From positions 12,510-44,509 of the forward strand of contig JAEWIG010000054.1 in the NCBI GenBank assembly GCA_023387295.1: a DNA stretch of 32,000 nucleotides, read 5' to 3'. This document shows positions 17,681 to 26,906 of the stretch, piece after piece. A program made the position numbers and the translations under genes. The notes under the pieces were generated by a model. It saw nothing but the letters and a program-made list of their open reading frames with translations. It did not search any database and had not been told where the DNA came from. Position 1 is the first letter of the stretch, and the number at the start of each line of letters is the position of its first letter. This stretch comes from Bacillota bacterium. Lineage in GTDB: Bacteria; Bacillota; Bacilli; Bacillales; Cytobacillaceae.

Positions 17681-20092
17681 CTATTCATTTGCTACCTCGC
17701 TTGGTTTGGTCGTCATCACACGGTATAACTCCGTATCTTTCGGAAACTGGTCTGTAAATGGTAAAATCACATTTCCATAGAATAGCAATCCTTCCCCTTC
17801 TCCAGAATGAGTCACATAGGATAATTGATGTGGGGAAATATTTAATTGTTTTGCTAAGATTTGACGATCCCCACCCGCTTGATTAAGCATATACACGAAA
17901 TCCGAGTTTTCGAAAATATTCTCAACCTCTCGGCTAGAAAGAAGATCCTTTACATTTTGTGTAATACCCGTTGGAATCCCACCCCATTTACGGAATCTCT
18001 TCCAGATTTCTACCGTATAGGCTGCCGTCTGTTCATCTTTTAGAAGTAAATGCATTTCATCCATGTAATAACGAGTTGCCTTTCCTATGGAACGATTCTG
18101 CGTTACACGGCCCCATACCTGATCTTGCACAATTAACATTCCAAGTTTCTTTAATTGCTTTCCTAGTTCTTTGATATCGTAACATACAATTCGATTATTG
18201 ATATCCACATTCGTCCGATGATTAAATACATTCAAGGAACCTTTTACATAAATTTCAAGTGCCGTTGCAATATGCTTTGCTTCCTTTTCTTCCTGCTGTA
18301 ATAAAGCCTGATACAAATCTTCTAGTATTGGGATATGTTCTGGCACTGGTTCATTTAAAAAAGGTTGATAAATCTCTCTTACACAACGGTCAACAACCGT
18401 CTTTTCAATAGGCTGTAGACCTTCTCTTCCTCCTACAATAAGTTCACATAAGGATAAGATAAGGTCAGATTTTAAAGATAAGGGATTCTCATCATCGGAA
18501 TAATTTAAGTTAATGTCCATAGGATTGATGTAATCCTCACTGACTTGGGAAATTCGAATCACCTGCCCTCCCAATCGTTTTACTAGTGGATAATACTCTC
18601 CTTCTGGATCACAGATGGCAATATCATCGGTGGTAAGTAAAAAAGCATTTGTCATTTCTCTTTTTGCACTAAAGGACTTACCAGAACCAGGCGTTCCAAG
18701 AATCAAACCATTGGGGTTTTTTAATTTCTTTCGATCTACCATAATCAAGTTATTCGATAGCGCATTTAATCCATAATAGAGTGCTTCCTTACCTGTTTGG
18801 TATAGTTCTTGCGTGGTAAATGGAATAAAGATGGCGGTGCTAGATGTAGTTAGACTACGTTTGATTTCTATTTGATTCAGACCCAGTGGCAGGCTACTCA
18901 TTAAGCCTTCTTCCTGTTGGTAGTCCAGTCGAACTAACGCACAGTTGTACTTTTGAGCAATGCTCGATGTCTGAAATAAATTGTTCTCTAACTCTTGTTT
19001 GTCATCAGCGGTATTAACGATTAAAAAGGTCACTAAAAACATTCTCTCATTTCTACTCTGTAGATCTTGTAACAGTTTCTTTGCTTCTCCTCCATAGGTG
19101 GCAAGGTCCGATGGAATGATATCCATATCATATCCAGCACGAACGGCTTTCTTCTGTTCTTCAATTTTCATTCGATCAAGGTCAGTAATCTTTCGTTTAA
19201 TCGTTTTGATAGCAGCTACTTGGTCAACCGATTGAATGTGAAGATTTAAAATCAAGCTACTTTCCATATCTAGAAAATCTGCAAGCATACGATCATTGAT
19301 TTCCGGTGCTAATATGGAAACAAAGGAGGCTGCTCCAAGTTTTCCTCCCATCTGAAAGGTCGTTCCACTTCTAAATTCAAAGGAAGATGGAGCAATAAAA
19401 TCCTTGGTCGATAATCCACTAGGCACAAGCCAATCCCAGGAGAATTGAAAATTCTCTATTTGATCCATATGAAAGATACGATGCATCAGGTGTAATCGTT
19501 CTTTCCCATTTAGTGGATAAGCTAAAACACCTAGTCGTTTTAAATGATTTAAGATATCATTTTCGATTCGTTCCAGTCTTGCTTTTGCAACTTTAATGCC
19601 GTCGGCATCTATTCCAAAGGTAATGTATTTGGTTTTGGTAAGGCCGTTGTTTCCTTTGGCAAGTTGATTTTGTAGCATGTTCGCATACTCTAAGCGAATC
19701 TCATTAAACGCATCGTCTTGTAATGGAATAGAGATACTTTGCTCAAAGCTTTCTAGACCAGTTGCAAGGTTAAAAAAAGACAGCTGAATGTAAACCCCGC
19801 TGTCAAAGTAATTCAAGAAATCACTCCAACTTTCAAAGATTGCTGTCTTATCTTCATTCTGTGAAAGTTGGTAATTGATATCATGAAATTGTATTGTTTT
19901 AGTGTACCTGGTGCTAGTGACACGACAGATACCATCGGTCCACATTCTCTCATAGGGAATACTATCTTGTGCCGACTTTTCTTTCGTTCTCTTACTTGGA
20001 TTTGCTCGTTCCATAGCTAGGGCAATTTGATTTCGTTCTGCTCTGGTTAACTTCCTTTTTTGTGGAACTGATTCTTTACTTTTTGTTGACAA
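17681..20092 (-). CDS. virB4: VirB4-family T4SS ATPase
   Basis: 803 aa. Walker A LILGTPGSGKSFSAKRE, Walker B-like RYYMDEMHLL. Size and position fit a Gram-positive VirB4 (TcpF/PrgJ class). Confidence 0.9.
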   Translation of the reverse strand: MSTKSKESVPQKRKLTRAERNQIALAMERANPSKRTKEKSAQDSIPYERMWTDGICRVTSTRYTKTIQFHDINYQLSQNEDKTAIFESWSDFLNYFDSGVYIQLSFFNLATGLESFEQSISIPLQDDAFNEIRLEYANMLQNQLAKGNNGLTKTKYITFGIDADGIKVAKARLERIENDILNHLKRLGVLAYPLNGKERLHLMHRIFHMDQIENFQFSWDWLVPSGLSTKDFIAPSSFEFRSGTTFQMGGKLGAASFVSILAPEINDRMLADFLDMESSLILNLHIQSVDQVAAIKTIKRKITDLDRMKIEEQKKAVRAGYDMDIIPSDLATYGGEAKKLLQDLQSRNERMFLVTFLIVNTADDKQELENNLFQTSSIAQKYNCALVRLDYQQEEGLMSSLPLGLNQIEIKRSLTTSSTAIFIPFTTQELYQTGKEALYYGLNALSNNLIMVDRKKLKNPNGLILGTPGSGKSFSAKREMTNAFLLTTDDIAICDPEGEYYPLVKRLGGQVIRISQVSEDYINPMDINLNYSDDENPLSLKSDLILSLCELIVGGREGLQPIEKTVVDRCVREIYQPFLNEPVPEHIPILEDLYQALLQQEEKEAKHIATALEIYVKGSLNVFNHRTNVDINNRIVCYDIKELGKQLKKLGMLIVQDQVWGRVTQNRSIGKATRYYMDEMHLLLKDEQTAAYTVEIWKRFRKWGGIPTGITQNVKDLLSSREVENIFENSDFVYMLNQAGGDRQILAKQLNISPHQLSYVTHSGEGEGLLFYGNVILPFTDQFPKDTELYRVMTTKPSEVANE

Positions 20093-20444
20093 TGCTTTTT
20101 ACCTCCTTGTCAAGTTGATATTGTCGTTCTACAACTGAATAGAAGTTGTTAGTACGATATGGTCGTTTCTTTGGACGAAGAAAACGTACTCGGATGTACT
20201 GCTTTGCTAGTACTTCTAGTGGTTGGCCGTTCTTTTCATATACGGCTAATAAAAATAGTGGTAAGACTAGCAAGATCATTACAAGTGATGCTGCACTGAC
20301 TCCAATGGAGTCCCGTAATAAAAAATACTCTGGTATTCCAACCAGTGCAGCGAGGGTGAAACAGATTAACTGTCTCTTTGTTAAATTGAACATTACTTTG
20401 TTTTTTATACGGGATAGGTCTTTGGGGACTTCTACGTAGGCCAT
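20076..20444 (-). CDS. PrgI/TcpE-like small T4SS membrane protein
   Basis: 122 aa with two TM segments. The N-terminus MAYVEVPKDLSRIKNKVMFNLTKRQLICF is typical of the family. 17-nt overlap with virB4. Confidence 0.7.
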   Translation of the reverse strand: MAYVEVPKDLSRIKNKVMFNLTKRQLICFTLAALVGIPEYFLLRDSIGVSAASLVMILLVLPLFLLAVYEKNGQPLEVLAKQYIRVRFLRPKKRPYRTNNFYSVVERQYQLDKEVKSIVNKK

Positions 20445-20492
20445 AGGTGGACCTCCTTTCTTGGATTAACTATAGTTGTAGTTTTTGTAATC

Positions 20493-21083
20493 TTATCGTT
20501 CCATTGTATCCCTATTCCTTCTGCTATCTTTATTTTCATATCTTCCAATCTTTTCATCCTTTTCCGCAACTACAGAATGTTCAAACTCAATCGCATGATA
20601 ATCCACCTTATACGAAGCCATCGGATTTGTCATAATCCCTTTTTCCTTAAAGCTAAAATACTTCCCATTATCTCCACTCACAATGATATGATCCAATAAT
20701 GGTATTCCAATCAAATTACAAACCTGAATCATCCGATCTGTCAACATAGTATCTTCTCTCGAAGGTTCCAAGGTTCCAGAGGGATGATTATGCATTAAAA
20801 TTATATTAGCGGCATTGGATAATATACTAGTCTTCAACATTTCCCTAGGATGTGCGATTGTCTGATTAATGGCACCAATACTAACAATGCTGCAATTGAT
20901 TGGTGTACTATCTGATTTTAAATTAATCACACACACAACTTCTCGATCCATTTCACAAAGCAAATCCCCCATTACATCAACAGCAGCCTCGGGACTTACA
21001 ATACGATGATCCGAATACACCGGAGCATCCTTTACTAGCCGTACCGAAACCATATTAAGCTTGAATTCATTCTTTTTGGGCAT
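20493..21083 (-). CDS. radC: RadC-like JAB/MPN domain protein
   Basis: JAMM motif HNHPSGTLEPSREDTMLTDR. Start ATG 21081-21083 (MPKKNEFKLNMVS...) follows GGAGAGGGGGAAA; the longer track ORF has no SD. Confidence 0.85.
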   Translation of the reverse strand: MPKKNEFKLNMVSVRLVKDAPVYSDHRIVSPEAAVDVMGDLLCEMDREVVCVINLKSDSTPINCSIVSIGAINQTIAHPREMLKTSILSNAANIILMHNHPSGTLEPSREDTMLTDRMIQVCNLIGIPLLDHIIVSGDNGKYFSFKEKGIMTNPMASYKVDYHAIEFEHSVVAEKDEKIGRYENKDSRRNRDTMER

Positions 21084-21224
21084 CTTCAATTTCCCCCTCT
21101 CCAAACTCAACACAAATAATAAAATCATTTTCACTTTCATTCACTAATCGAACCAATTCTTCTTTACTTAACTGTATCTCCATGGTACTTGGTCCTTTCT
21201 TCAATACGTTAACCTCCTCTTTTC

Positions 21225-22094
21225 CTAATGTGCACTAAATATTGACTTTGCCAGACTCCCCGTCTTAAACAACGTAAAACAAAGCAAGACTGTATACCCA
21301 ACACAAGTCCAAATTGCCCCACTAATATCCTCTGCCGTTGGAATCGTATGAATCAATACCGCATAAATGGCCACACATACAATAATCAAGAATGCCTGAA
21401 ACCCAAGTGCCAACAACGACCTCAAATAATTCTGCCCCATTCCTCCAAACTCTTTTCCAAGCATGGTGGCCATTGGAATTGGGGCCACCGATGTTACCAT
21501 ATAAATCTCAATCATTCTTCCATAAATAATAATAAAAATAGCGATATTTAAAATCCACATGGTAATCCCGATAAATGCACTTTGAAACCACAGGCCTAAC
21601 AGCGGGCCTACATCCATCGCCTGAAGTCTCGTTTCCAAGTCTGGTAATATATCAGTCATGTTAATACTCGTATCTTCAATAATCAATCCAGAAGCTTGCG
21701 AAACAACACCATTCGCCACATCAAATACTCCCATGACTATGTTCCATGTATTCGTTACAATCAAGATGGCACATGCTGTTTTAAATATCCATTTGAAAAA
21801 CATCCAAGTATCCACATCATGAAGATTATTTCGATCCACCAACATCTGAATCAAATCCAATGTCATAACAAATGCAAGGATCAAGCCTGCAATCGGGATA
21901 ATTACTGTCTCCGCTAGATTTTGTATCATTGTAAATATATTTACATTCCATGCTTGTGGTGTTAATCCCACCTGCCCTGAAATATCCGCTACCTTTTCAT
22001 TTACAAAGTCAAATAATCCAGATAGATTGCTAATAATACCACTAACTAGAATTTCTTTCATCCATTCCGTAATGTTATCCCAGATGAATCCCAT
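21225..22094 (-). CDS. VirB6/TrbL-like polytopic T4SS channel protein
   Basis: 289 aa with multiple TM helices. AAGGAGGG SD. Located between Maff2 and RadC/PrgI as in related ICEs. Confidence 0.75.
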   Translation of the reverse strand: MGFIWDNITEWMKEILVSGIISNLSGLFDFVNEKVADISGQVGLTPQAWNVNIFTMIQNLAETVIIPIAGLILAFVMTLDLIQMLVDRNNLHDVDTWMFFKWIFKTACAILIVTNTWNIVMGVFDVANGVVSQASGLIIEDTSINMTDILPDLETRLQAMDVGPLLGLWFQSAFIGITMWILNIAIFIIIYGRMIEIYMVTSVAPIPMATMLGKEFGGMGQNYLRSLLALGFQAFLIIVCVAIYAVLIHTIPTAEDISGAIWTCVGYTVLLCFTLFKTGSLAKSIFSAH

Positions 22095-22112
22095 TTATAG
22101 CCCTCCTTCCAA

Positions 22113-22138
22113 ACTTCCTCCCCACACGGAGAGGAAGT
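22113..22138 (-). other. Intercistronic stem-loop between the Maff2 and VirB6-like genes
   Basis: ACTTCCTC ... GAGGAAGT form an 8-bp perfect stem that can extend by 2 bp across one mismatch. Only UU follows on the minus strand, so it is more likely an RNA stability or processing element than a terminator. Confidence 0.4.
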
Positions 22139-22158
22139 CGGATATCTTTCTTCTGGAA

Positions 22159-22374
22159 TTAACTAAATAATCCGGTTAATAATGGGATTAACATAGCTCC
22201 TACTAATGCAACACCACCACCTGCCATCAATTGTTTCATTCCTTGTGATTTTGCACCAGGGTTATCATTACCGTAACCTTCTAACAAGTTGATTACACCC
22301 CACACACCAAGACCTGCACCAAGTGCAATTACTAAAGTTTGCAATACTCCTACTGCTGAGTTAAAAAATGCCAT
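22159..22374 (-). CDS. Maff2-family small membrane protein
   Basis: 71 aa: MAFFNSAVGVLQTLVIALGAGLGVWGVINLLEGYGNDNPGAKSQGMKQLMAGGG... Characteristic Maff2 sequence. TAGGAGGAA SD. Confidence 0.75.
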   Translation of the reverse strand: MAFFNSAVGVLQTLVIALGAGLGVWGVINLLEGYGNDNPGAKSQGMKQLMAGGGVALVGAMLIPLLTGLFS

Positions 22375-22408
22375 ACTAAATTCCTCCTATTTTTTGATTT
22401 TTCACATA

Positions 22409-22433
22409 GAAAAAGCCACCATATAAGGTGACT
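22409..22433 (-). terminator. Candidate Rho-independent attenuator after virD4
   Basis: Minus-strand RNA AGUCACC-UUAUAU-GGUGGCU (7 bp including one G-U pair) followed by UUUUUCUAU. It lies between the virD4 stop and the Maff2 SD, so partial read-through is required. Confidence 0.45.
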
Positions 22434-22454
22434 ACTCTGCTCCAATTTCCTTCT

Positions 22455-24221
22455 TTATAACTCTACATCTGTTATGCTCATCTCATACACTTCATACTCT
22501 TCCTCTTCATTAAGCTTCAATCTTTTAGATAAATACTTCTCGATATCAAATGCATTTCGTTCATCTGCATCCTTAAGATATTGATACCTTGGGTGCTTTG
22601 TAATATCGTATTTGTCGGATAAAAAAGGCCTTACCCCTCGAAGCTGTAGAATGCATTTTCCACCATCCAATACCGCCAGTTCATCCACACTCATGAGTTC
22701 TTTCCCTAACTTCTGAAAGTTCTGTCCATGAGACTCTTGCGTTCCTTTCGTAATACTGGTGTTATACATATCAATAGTCTCTTTCCCAAGTGCAGCACTT
22801 AATTCTTTTAATGTCGTTGGCTCCGAACCACCAAGAAAAATACGACTATCCATATTTCCAATAATCGTATCACAGTGATCCTTATAAAGTGCCTTTAACT
22901 GACTCTGTGCTTGTAGTAGCAAACAACAAGAAATCTCACGACTTCGAATCGTTGCCACCAATTTCTCAAGCTTTGGTATCTGACCAATGTTTGCTGCCTC
23001 ATCAATCAAACACCTTACATGTACCGGTAATCTACCACCATACACATCATCTGCCTTCTCACACAAAAGGTTAAATAACTGCGTATAACACATGGATACC
23101 AAAAAGTTAAAGGTATCATCTGTATCGGAGATAATAATAAACAATGCTGTCTTTTGATCTCCTAACGTATCTAGTTCTAACTCATCATAAGCTGTCACCT
23201 CCCGTAATTCCTCTATATCAAATGGAGCAAGTCTAGCCCCACAGGATATCAAAATCGACTTTGCAGTTTTCCCCGCTGCTAACTTGTATTTCTTATACTG
23301 CCTTACTGCAAAATGATTTGGATTCTTAAATTCTAGTTCCTCAAACATATAATCCACTGGATTCTTAAATTCCTCATCATCCTCCCTCACTTCCATGGCA
23401 TTGATAAATTCAAGAAGTGTAGTAAAATTCTGTTCCTCCTCCGGTGCTTCATAATGGATATATCCAATCAAAGCCGTATATAGTAGTGTTTCTGCTTTGG
23501 TCCAAAATTCGTCTCCTGCCTTCCCATCCCCCTTGGTATTTGCTATCAAGGTCGTAACCATTTTTAGAATATCCTTTTCCGAATGAATATAGGCAAACGG
23601 ATTATACTTCATAGATTTCTTGAAGTTAATAGTATTGAAAATCTTGATTTTATATCCTTCCCTTAAAAGCATATTCCCACATTCCACGGCCACCGTTCCT
23701 TTGGGGTCTGTGACTACATAAGAACTATGACACTGCATCAAATTTGGTTTCAGCCAAAACCTTGTCTTACCTGATCCAGAGCCACCAACCACTAATACAT
23801 TCTTATTTCTAGCATACTTGGGTTGCTTGGGTCTGCTGGCCATGGTAAGACTTTCTGTCTTCGTTAGAATCACATTATTATCTGGCGTCTCATCCAAAAA
23901 AGGCTTAATATCTACTGCATTTCCCCATCGTGCAGATCCGTATTCAGTATCTTTACGATACTTTTTTCTGTTCTTCCCCCGAATCCATACTACCAATCGT
24001 AACAAAACTCCACACATAATTCCAAAGAGTAAATCCTCACTTACAAAGCTAGGAAATGGATTGTCAAATGCCCTACTAACCCCTTCTCCCAAATGAAATA
24101 TCTTTGTTATAAAGTCCACTCCTTCTGCTAATCGATACGCCTGCATCAGTTTCGTTGCATAAAGTCCAAGGATTAGGTATGGAAGATTCTGAATACATTT
24201 CTTTTTCATTCTGTCATTCAT
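22455..24221 (-). CDS. virD4: VirD4/TraG-family type IV coupling protein
   Basis: 588 aa. N-terminal TM helices. Walker A VVGGSGSGKTRF, Walker B-like RCLIDEAANIG. The start overlaps the pcfB stop (TAATG). Confidence 0.9.
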   Translation of the reverse strand: MNDRMKKKCIQNLPYLILGLYATKLMQAYRLAEGVDFITKIFHLGEGVSRAFDNPFPSFVSEDLLFGIMCGVLLRLVVWIRGKNRKKYRKDTEYGSARWGNAVDIKPFLDETPDNNVILTKTESLTMASRPKQPKYARNKNVLVVGGSGSGKTRFWLKPNLMQCHSSYVVTDPKGTVAVECGNMLLREGYKIKIFNTINFKKSMKYNPFAYIHSEKDILKMVTTLIANTKGDGKAGDEFWTKAETLLYTALIGYIHYEAPEEEQNFTTLLEFINAMEVREDDEEFKNPVDYMFEELEFKNPNHFAVRQYKKYKLAAGKTAKSILISCGARLAPFDIEELREVTAYDELELDTLGDQKTALFIIISDTDDTFNFLVSMCYTQLFNLLCEKADDVYGGRLPVHVRCLIDEAANIGQIPKLEKLVATIRSREISCCLLLQAQSQLKALYKDHCDTIIGNMDSRIFLGGSEPTTLKELSAALGKETIDMYNTSITKGTQESHGQNFQKLGKELMSVDELAVLDGGKCILQLRGVRPFLSDKYDITKHPRYQYLKDADERNAFDIEKYLSKRLKLNEEEEYEVYEMSITDVEL

Positions 24222-24700
24222 TAACGTTCCAACTCCTTTTTTCTGGTTCGATTGGCTACCGTATTTTTCACAATTTCTTTAAAATACTCTAACTTCTTAA
24301 GTACCGACTCTTTATTCTCTTTCTTTAAATTCTTTGCTGTAAACTCTTTAAATGCCGCTGTCAGTGCATCCGCATCCCTTGCCTTAAAAAATACCAAATA
24401 CTTTGGTGGAGTTATACTTTTATCCTTCTTTACTGCAAAATCCACTCCATATTTTCTTGCTACCTTTTCAAATGACTTGATATTTTTCTTTGTTACTTCA
24501 ATATTAGCAACGCCTTGATTCTGTCCTAATAATTGCTTAACCGTTTGCTTCCCATGTAAAATCTGTGGTAGATCTTTTGTTTCTTGTCGCTTTTTCATTT
24601 CAGCTAAAGCTTTAAGAATGGCATCCTTTAGAACTCTCGTTGTTAATTTGGTTGAATTGATGGCTAGCATAACAGTTCGGTCCTCGACTTCTTCTTGCAT
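24221..24700 (-). CDS. PcfB-family (DUF3801-like) conjugation protein
   Basis: 159 aa, AAGGAGG SD, directly upstream of and overlapping virD4, as PcfB is in enterococcal and clostridial elements. Confidence 0.7.
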   Translation of the reverse strand: MQEEVEDRTVMLAINSTKLTTRVLKDAILKALAEMKKRQETKDLPQILHGKQTVKQLLGQNQGVANIEVTKKNIKSFEKVARKYGVDFAVKKDKSITPPKYLVFFKARDADALTAAFKEFTAKNLKKENKESVLKKLEYFKEIVKNTVANRTRKKELER

Positions 24701-24732
24701 GTAAAAACCTCCTTTCGTAGTTGATGTTTGGG

Positions 24733-24768
24733 TAAAGAAAAACCGCTATCCCATTTTGAGGATAACGG
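24733..24768 (-). terminator. Rho-independent terminator downstream of the 240-aa cassette gene
   Basis: Minus-strand RNA CCGUUAUCC-UCAAAAUG-GGAUAGCGG (9 bp, one G-U pair) followed by UUUUUCUUU. On the plus strand the same position is a C-A mismatch, so the structure is strand-biased. Confidence 0.6.
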
Positions 24769-24928
24769 CTTTTTTAATTTTTTTATTTTAATTTATTACT
24801 TGCACAAAATAAAATTAATATAATGTGCTCAATGATTATTTTGGTGATTCGATGGATTTGCTTATATAACGCAACGGCAACTGGAAGTTGAGCTCTAAAG
24901 ATAAAGCTCCTATACAAACTGTAATATT

Positions 24929-25651
24929 CTAATCTTTGAACCTTCCTTCTATAAGACTAATTGCTTCCTTAACAAACTCTTTTAATGCTGATAACTTATC
25001 ATCATTATATCCATAGTATTCATCAACATTATACGGCGACTTTAAACTATACATAGCCTTTATCTTATATTTTTCCATATTTTCTTCTAACCATTTTTTG
25101 TTTGCCTCACGATTATAGATTGAAGATGTTTCATCATTAAGATTTTGCAAGTACAATGACGGGTAATCTTTATTTAGATCCCAACTCCCCTTACCTTTAA
25201 TTTCTTTACTTCCATTGAAATAATGCGGCACTGGCATGAAATTAGAAAAAGAATACATTAAATCAAAGTATTTATCAAATAAGTTTCGTAAATCTTCATA
25301 TCCTTTAAAAATATCATCTAAATATAAATATATTAATTCATTTAAATCATTTCTGTACTTCCCATTTCTAAGCGGTTGATAACAGTTGTCTTTACGTGCA
25401 AGTATTAGCAACTTTGCCACACAAAAGTCTCTAAATGGTATAAAAGCATTAAAAATTGTATCTGCACTAACTGGAATTGGAACGTTATAACATAGTCGAT
25501 ATGCTTCTTTTACTAAATCAGATGAATCTATTTGCTTACAAGGAAGAATTCTATATAGTAAGGCAGCCTCAATTCCACTTTTTCCTTTCAATCCTGGATT
25601 AATGATTGGTATAAGATTCTTTAATTTATTTTCTATTGCACAATTGTTCAT
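24929..25651 (-). CDS. Hypothetical 240-aa protein, no recognisable family (AT-rich cargo cassette)
   Basis: Open frame with ATG 25649-25651 placed 8 nt after AGGAG; the track's GTG 25660 overlaps the SD. It is flanked by roughly 200-bp non-coding regions and has its own terminator. The sequence is visibly more AT-rich than its neighbours. Confidence 0.65.
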   Translation of the reverse strand: MNNCAIENKLKNLIPIINPGLKGKSGIEAALLYRILPCKQIDSSDLVKEAYRLCYNVPIPVSADTIFNAFIPFRDFCVAKLLILARKDNCYQPLRNGKYRNDLNELIYLYLDDIFKGYEDLRNLFDKYFDLMYSFSNFMPVPHYFNGSKEIKGKGSWDLNKDYPSLYLQNLNDETSSIYNREANKKWLEENMEKYKIKAMYSLKSPYNVDEYYGYNDDKLSALKEFVKEAISLIEGRFKD

Positions 25652-25864
25652 TAATTTCACTCCTAACGACTAAAATAAATCTCTACAAATTCAAATTCGT
25701 CTTTCTTATGTATATTAAACACTCAATGCAACCTATTTTCTATTTTTGTACCAGTTAGTTTTTTTGGCCTGAAGTAATTATAAACTGTTTTATCATCATT
25801 TTTAACATAGCTGTATAAAAATATACCTATCCATCAGATATACCTCCACCCAAAAAGCTCCCAC

Positions 25865-26209
25865 TTACTCATCTAATCCCTGCCCTCTTATCCGCAAAAT
25901 GCCATCTAGAGTAGTTGCTGTTATCCGTAACCGCTCTGCAATGGCAATATCATTTTTCATCTCTTGATTTAAGTTGTCTCCGCACACTACCAAAACCCTA
26001 GATCTTCGCAATAATTCTCTTGCCATATCAAGACTGTCTTTATGCTCCTTCGGTACTCTATCGTTTAGAAACAATGGCAATATTAGAACAGGACAAATCG
26101 GTATAAATCCTGCATCATAAATATCCCTACAATATTCTGCCGCTTTTTCTGTATTCTCAAATTCATTGTCACCCCACGGTGCTGTAATATATGCTAATGA
26201 TCGCTTCAT
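25865..26209 (-). CDS. DUF4406-like small protein (nucleoside 2-deoxyribosyltransferase-like fold family), function unknown
   Basis: 114 aa: MKRSLAYITAPWGDNEFENTEKAAEYCRDIYDAGFIPICPV...VLVVCGDNLNQEMKNDIAIAE. The pattern resembles the DUF4406 proteins common on ICEs. Family assignment is from memory only. Confidence 0.5.
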   Translation of the reverse strand: MKRSLAYITAPWGDNEFENTEKAAEYCRDIYDAGFIPICPVLILPLFLNDRVPKEHKDSLDMARELLRRSRVLVVCGDNLNQEMKNDIAIAERLRITATTLDGILRIRGQGLDE

Positions 26210-26221
26210 TTCACTTTACTC

Positions 26222-26818
26222 CTATCTTTCATTTTTCAAAATTTTTGTTCCTACGATTTTCCCTTCTCCCACTTCCATCGGACATACAATGATATTTCCA
26301 CCCAATTCAAAGAATTCCTCTGGCTTTTCAAATATCGCTTTATACTTCTCCATCAATTCATCCGAAAGGCTTTCAATATCTTCCTCCCCATCTCCACAAA
26401 TGAGAAAGTTCCCTGCCATAATATCTTTGATTCCACCATCTACACCACGGATAGCTCGGTTAAATGGTAGCCCCTTTAACTTTCCTTCTTCATCGCAAAG
26501 AATAACCACTGGATCATTATAATAATATGCCAGTTCAATATGCCCACCGATAACTTCTTGTAAATCTTCTAGATCACCACCAATGGTTATCTTTTTCGGC
26601 TCCTTTCCTGGTTCTACAAGTAATACCTGCAACTGATTTTCTTCTAGTCGCTCATCTTCTACATCAAACTTTGCTCCTGTGAAATCATCTGCTCCTAATA
26701 TGTACTTCTCATCTTCCCATTGCTCCTGAACTAATCGTTTTGCTTCCTCCTTATTCTCTGCTTTGATAGTAACCATCTTTTCCAACGTTTCTGAGATCGT
26801 AACTTGAAACTCTTTCAT
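26222..26818 (-). CDS. DpnD/PcfM-like N-terminal domain fused to a DUF3846-like domain
   Basis: 198 aa. The N-terminus MKEFQVTISETLEKMVTIKAENKEEAKRLVQEQWEDEKYILGADDF is DpnD/PcfM-like. It is followed by LQVLLVEPGKEPKKITIGGDLEDLQEVIGGHIE...LKGLPFNRAI, which is DUF3846-like. Confidence 0.6.
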   Translation of the reverse strand: MKEFQVTISETLEKMVTIKAENKEEAKRLVQEQWEDEKYILGADDFTGAKFDVEDERLEENQLQVLLVEPGKEPKKITIGGDLEDLQEVIGGHIELAYYYNDPVVILCDEEGKLKGLPFNRAIRGVDGGIKDIMAGNFLICGDGEEDIESLSDELMEKYKAIFEKPEEFFELGGNIIVCPMEVGEGKIVGTKILKNER

Positions 26819-26906
26819 TACCTCATATCCTCCTTTACTTAAAACCGAACATTTTTACTCCGATTAACTATTTTCTCTAACCTAAACCATCCCTATGGTG
26901 ATATGT

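Noticed and set aside
21067-21183. 38-aa acidic ORF (MEIQLSKEELVRLVNESENDFIICVEFGEGEIEDAQKE) between the VirB6-like gene and radC
   Set aside because: It has only a weak SD-like sequence (AAGAAAGGA) and is too short to judge from sequence alone. It is kept as a note, not a feature.
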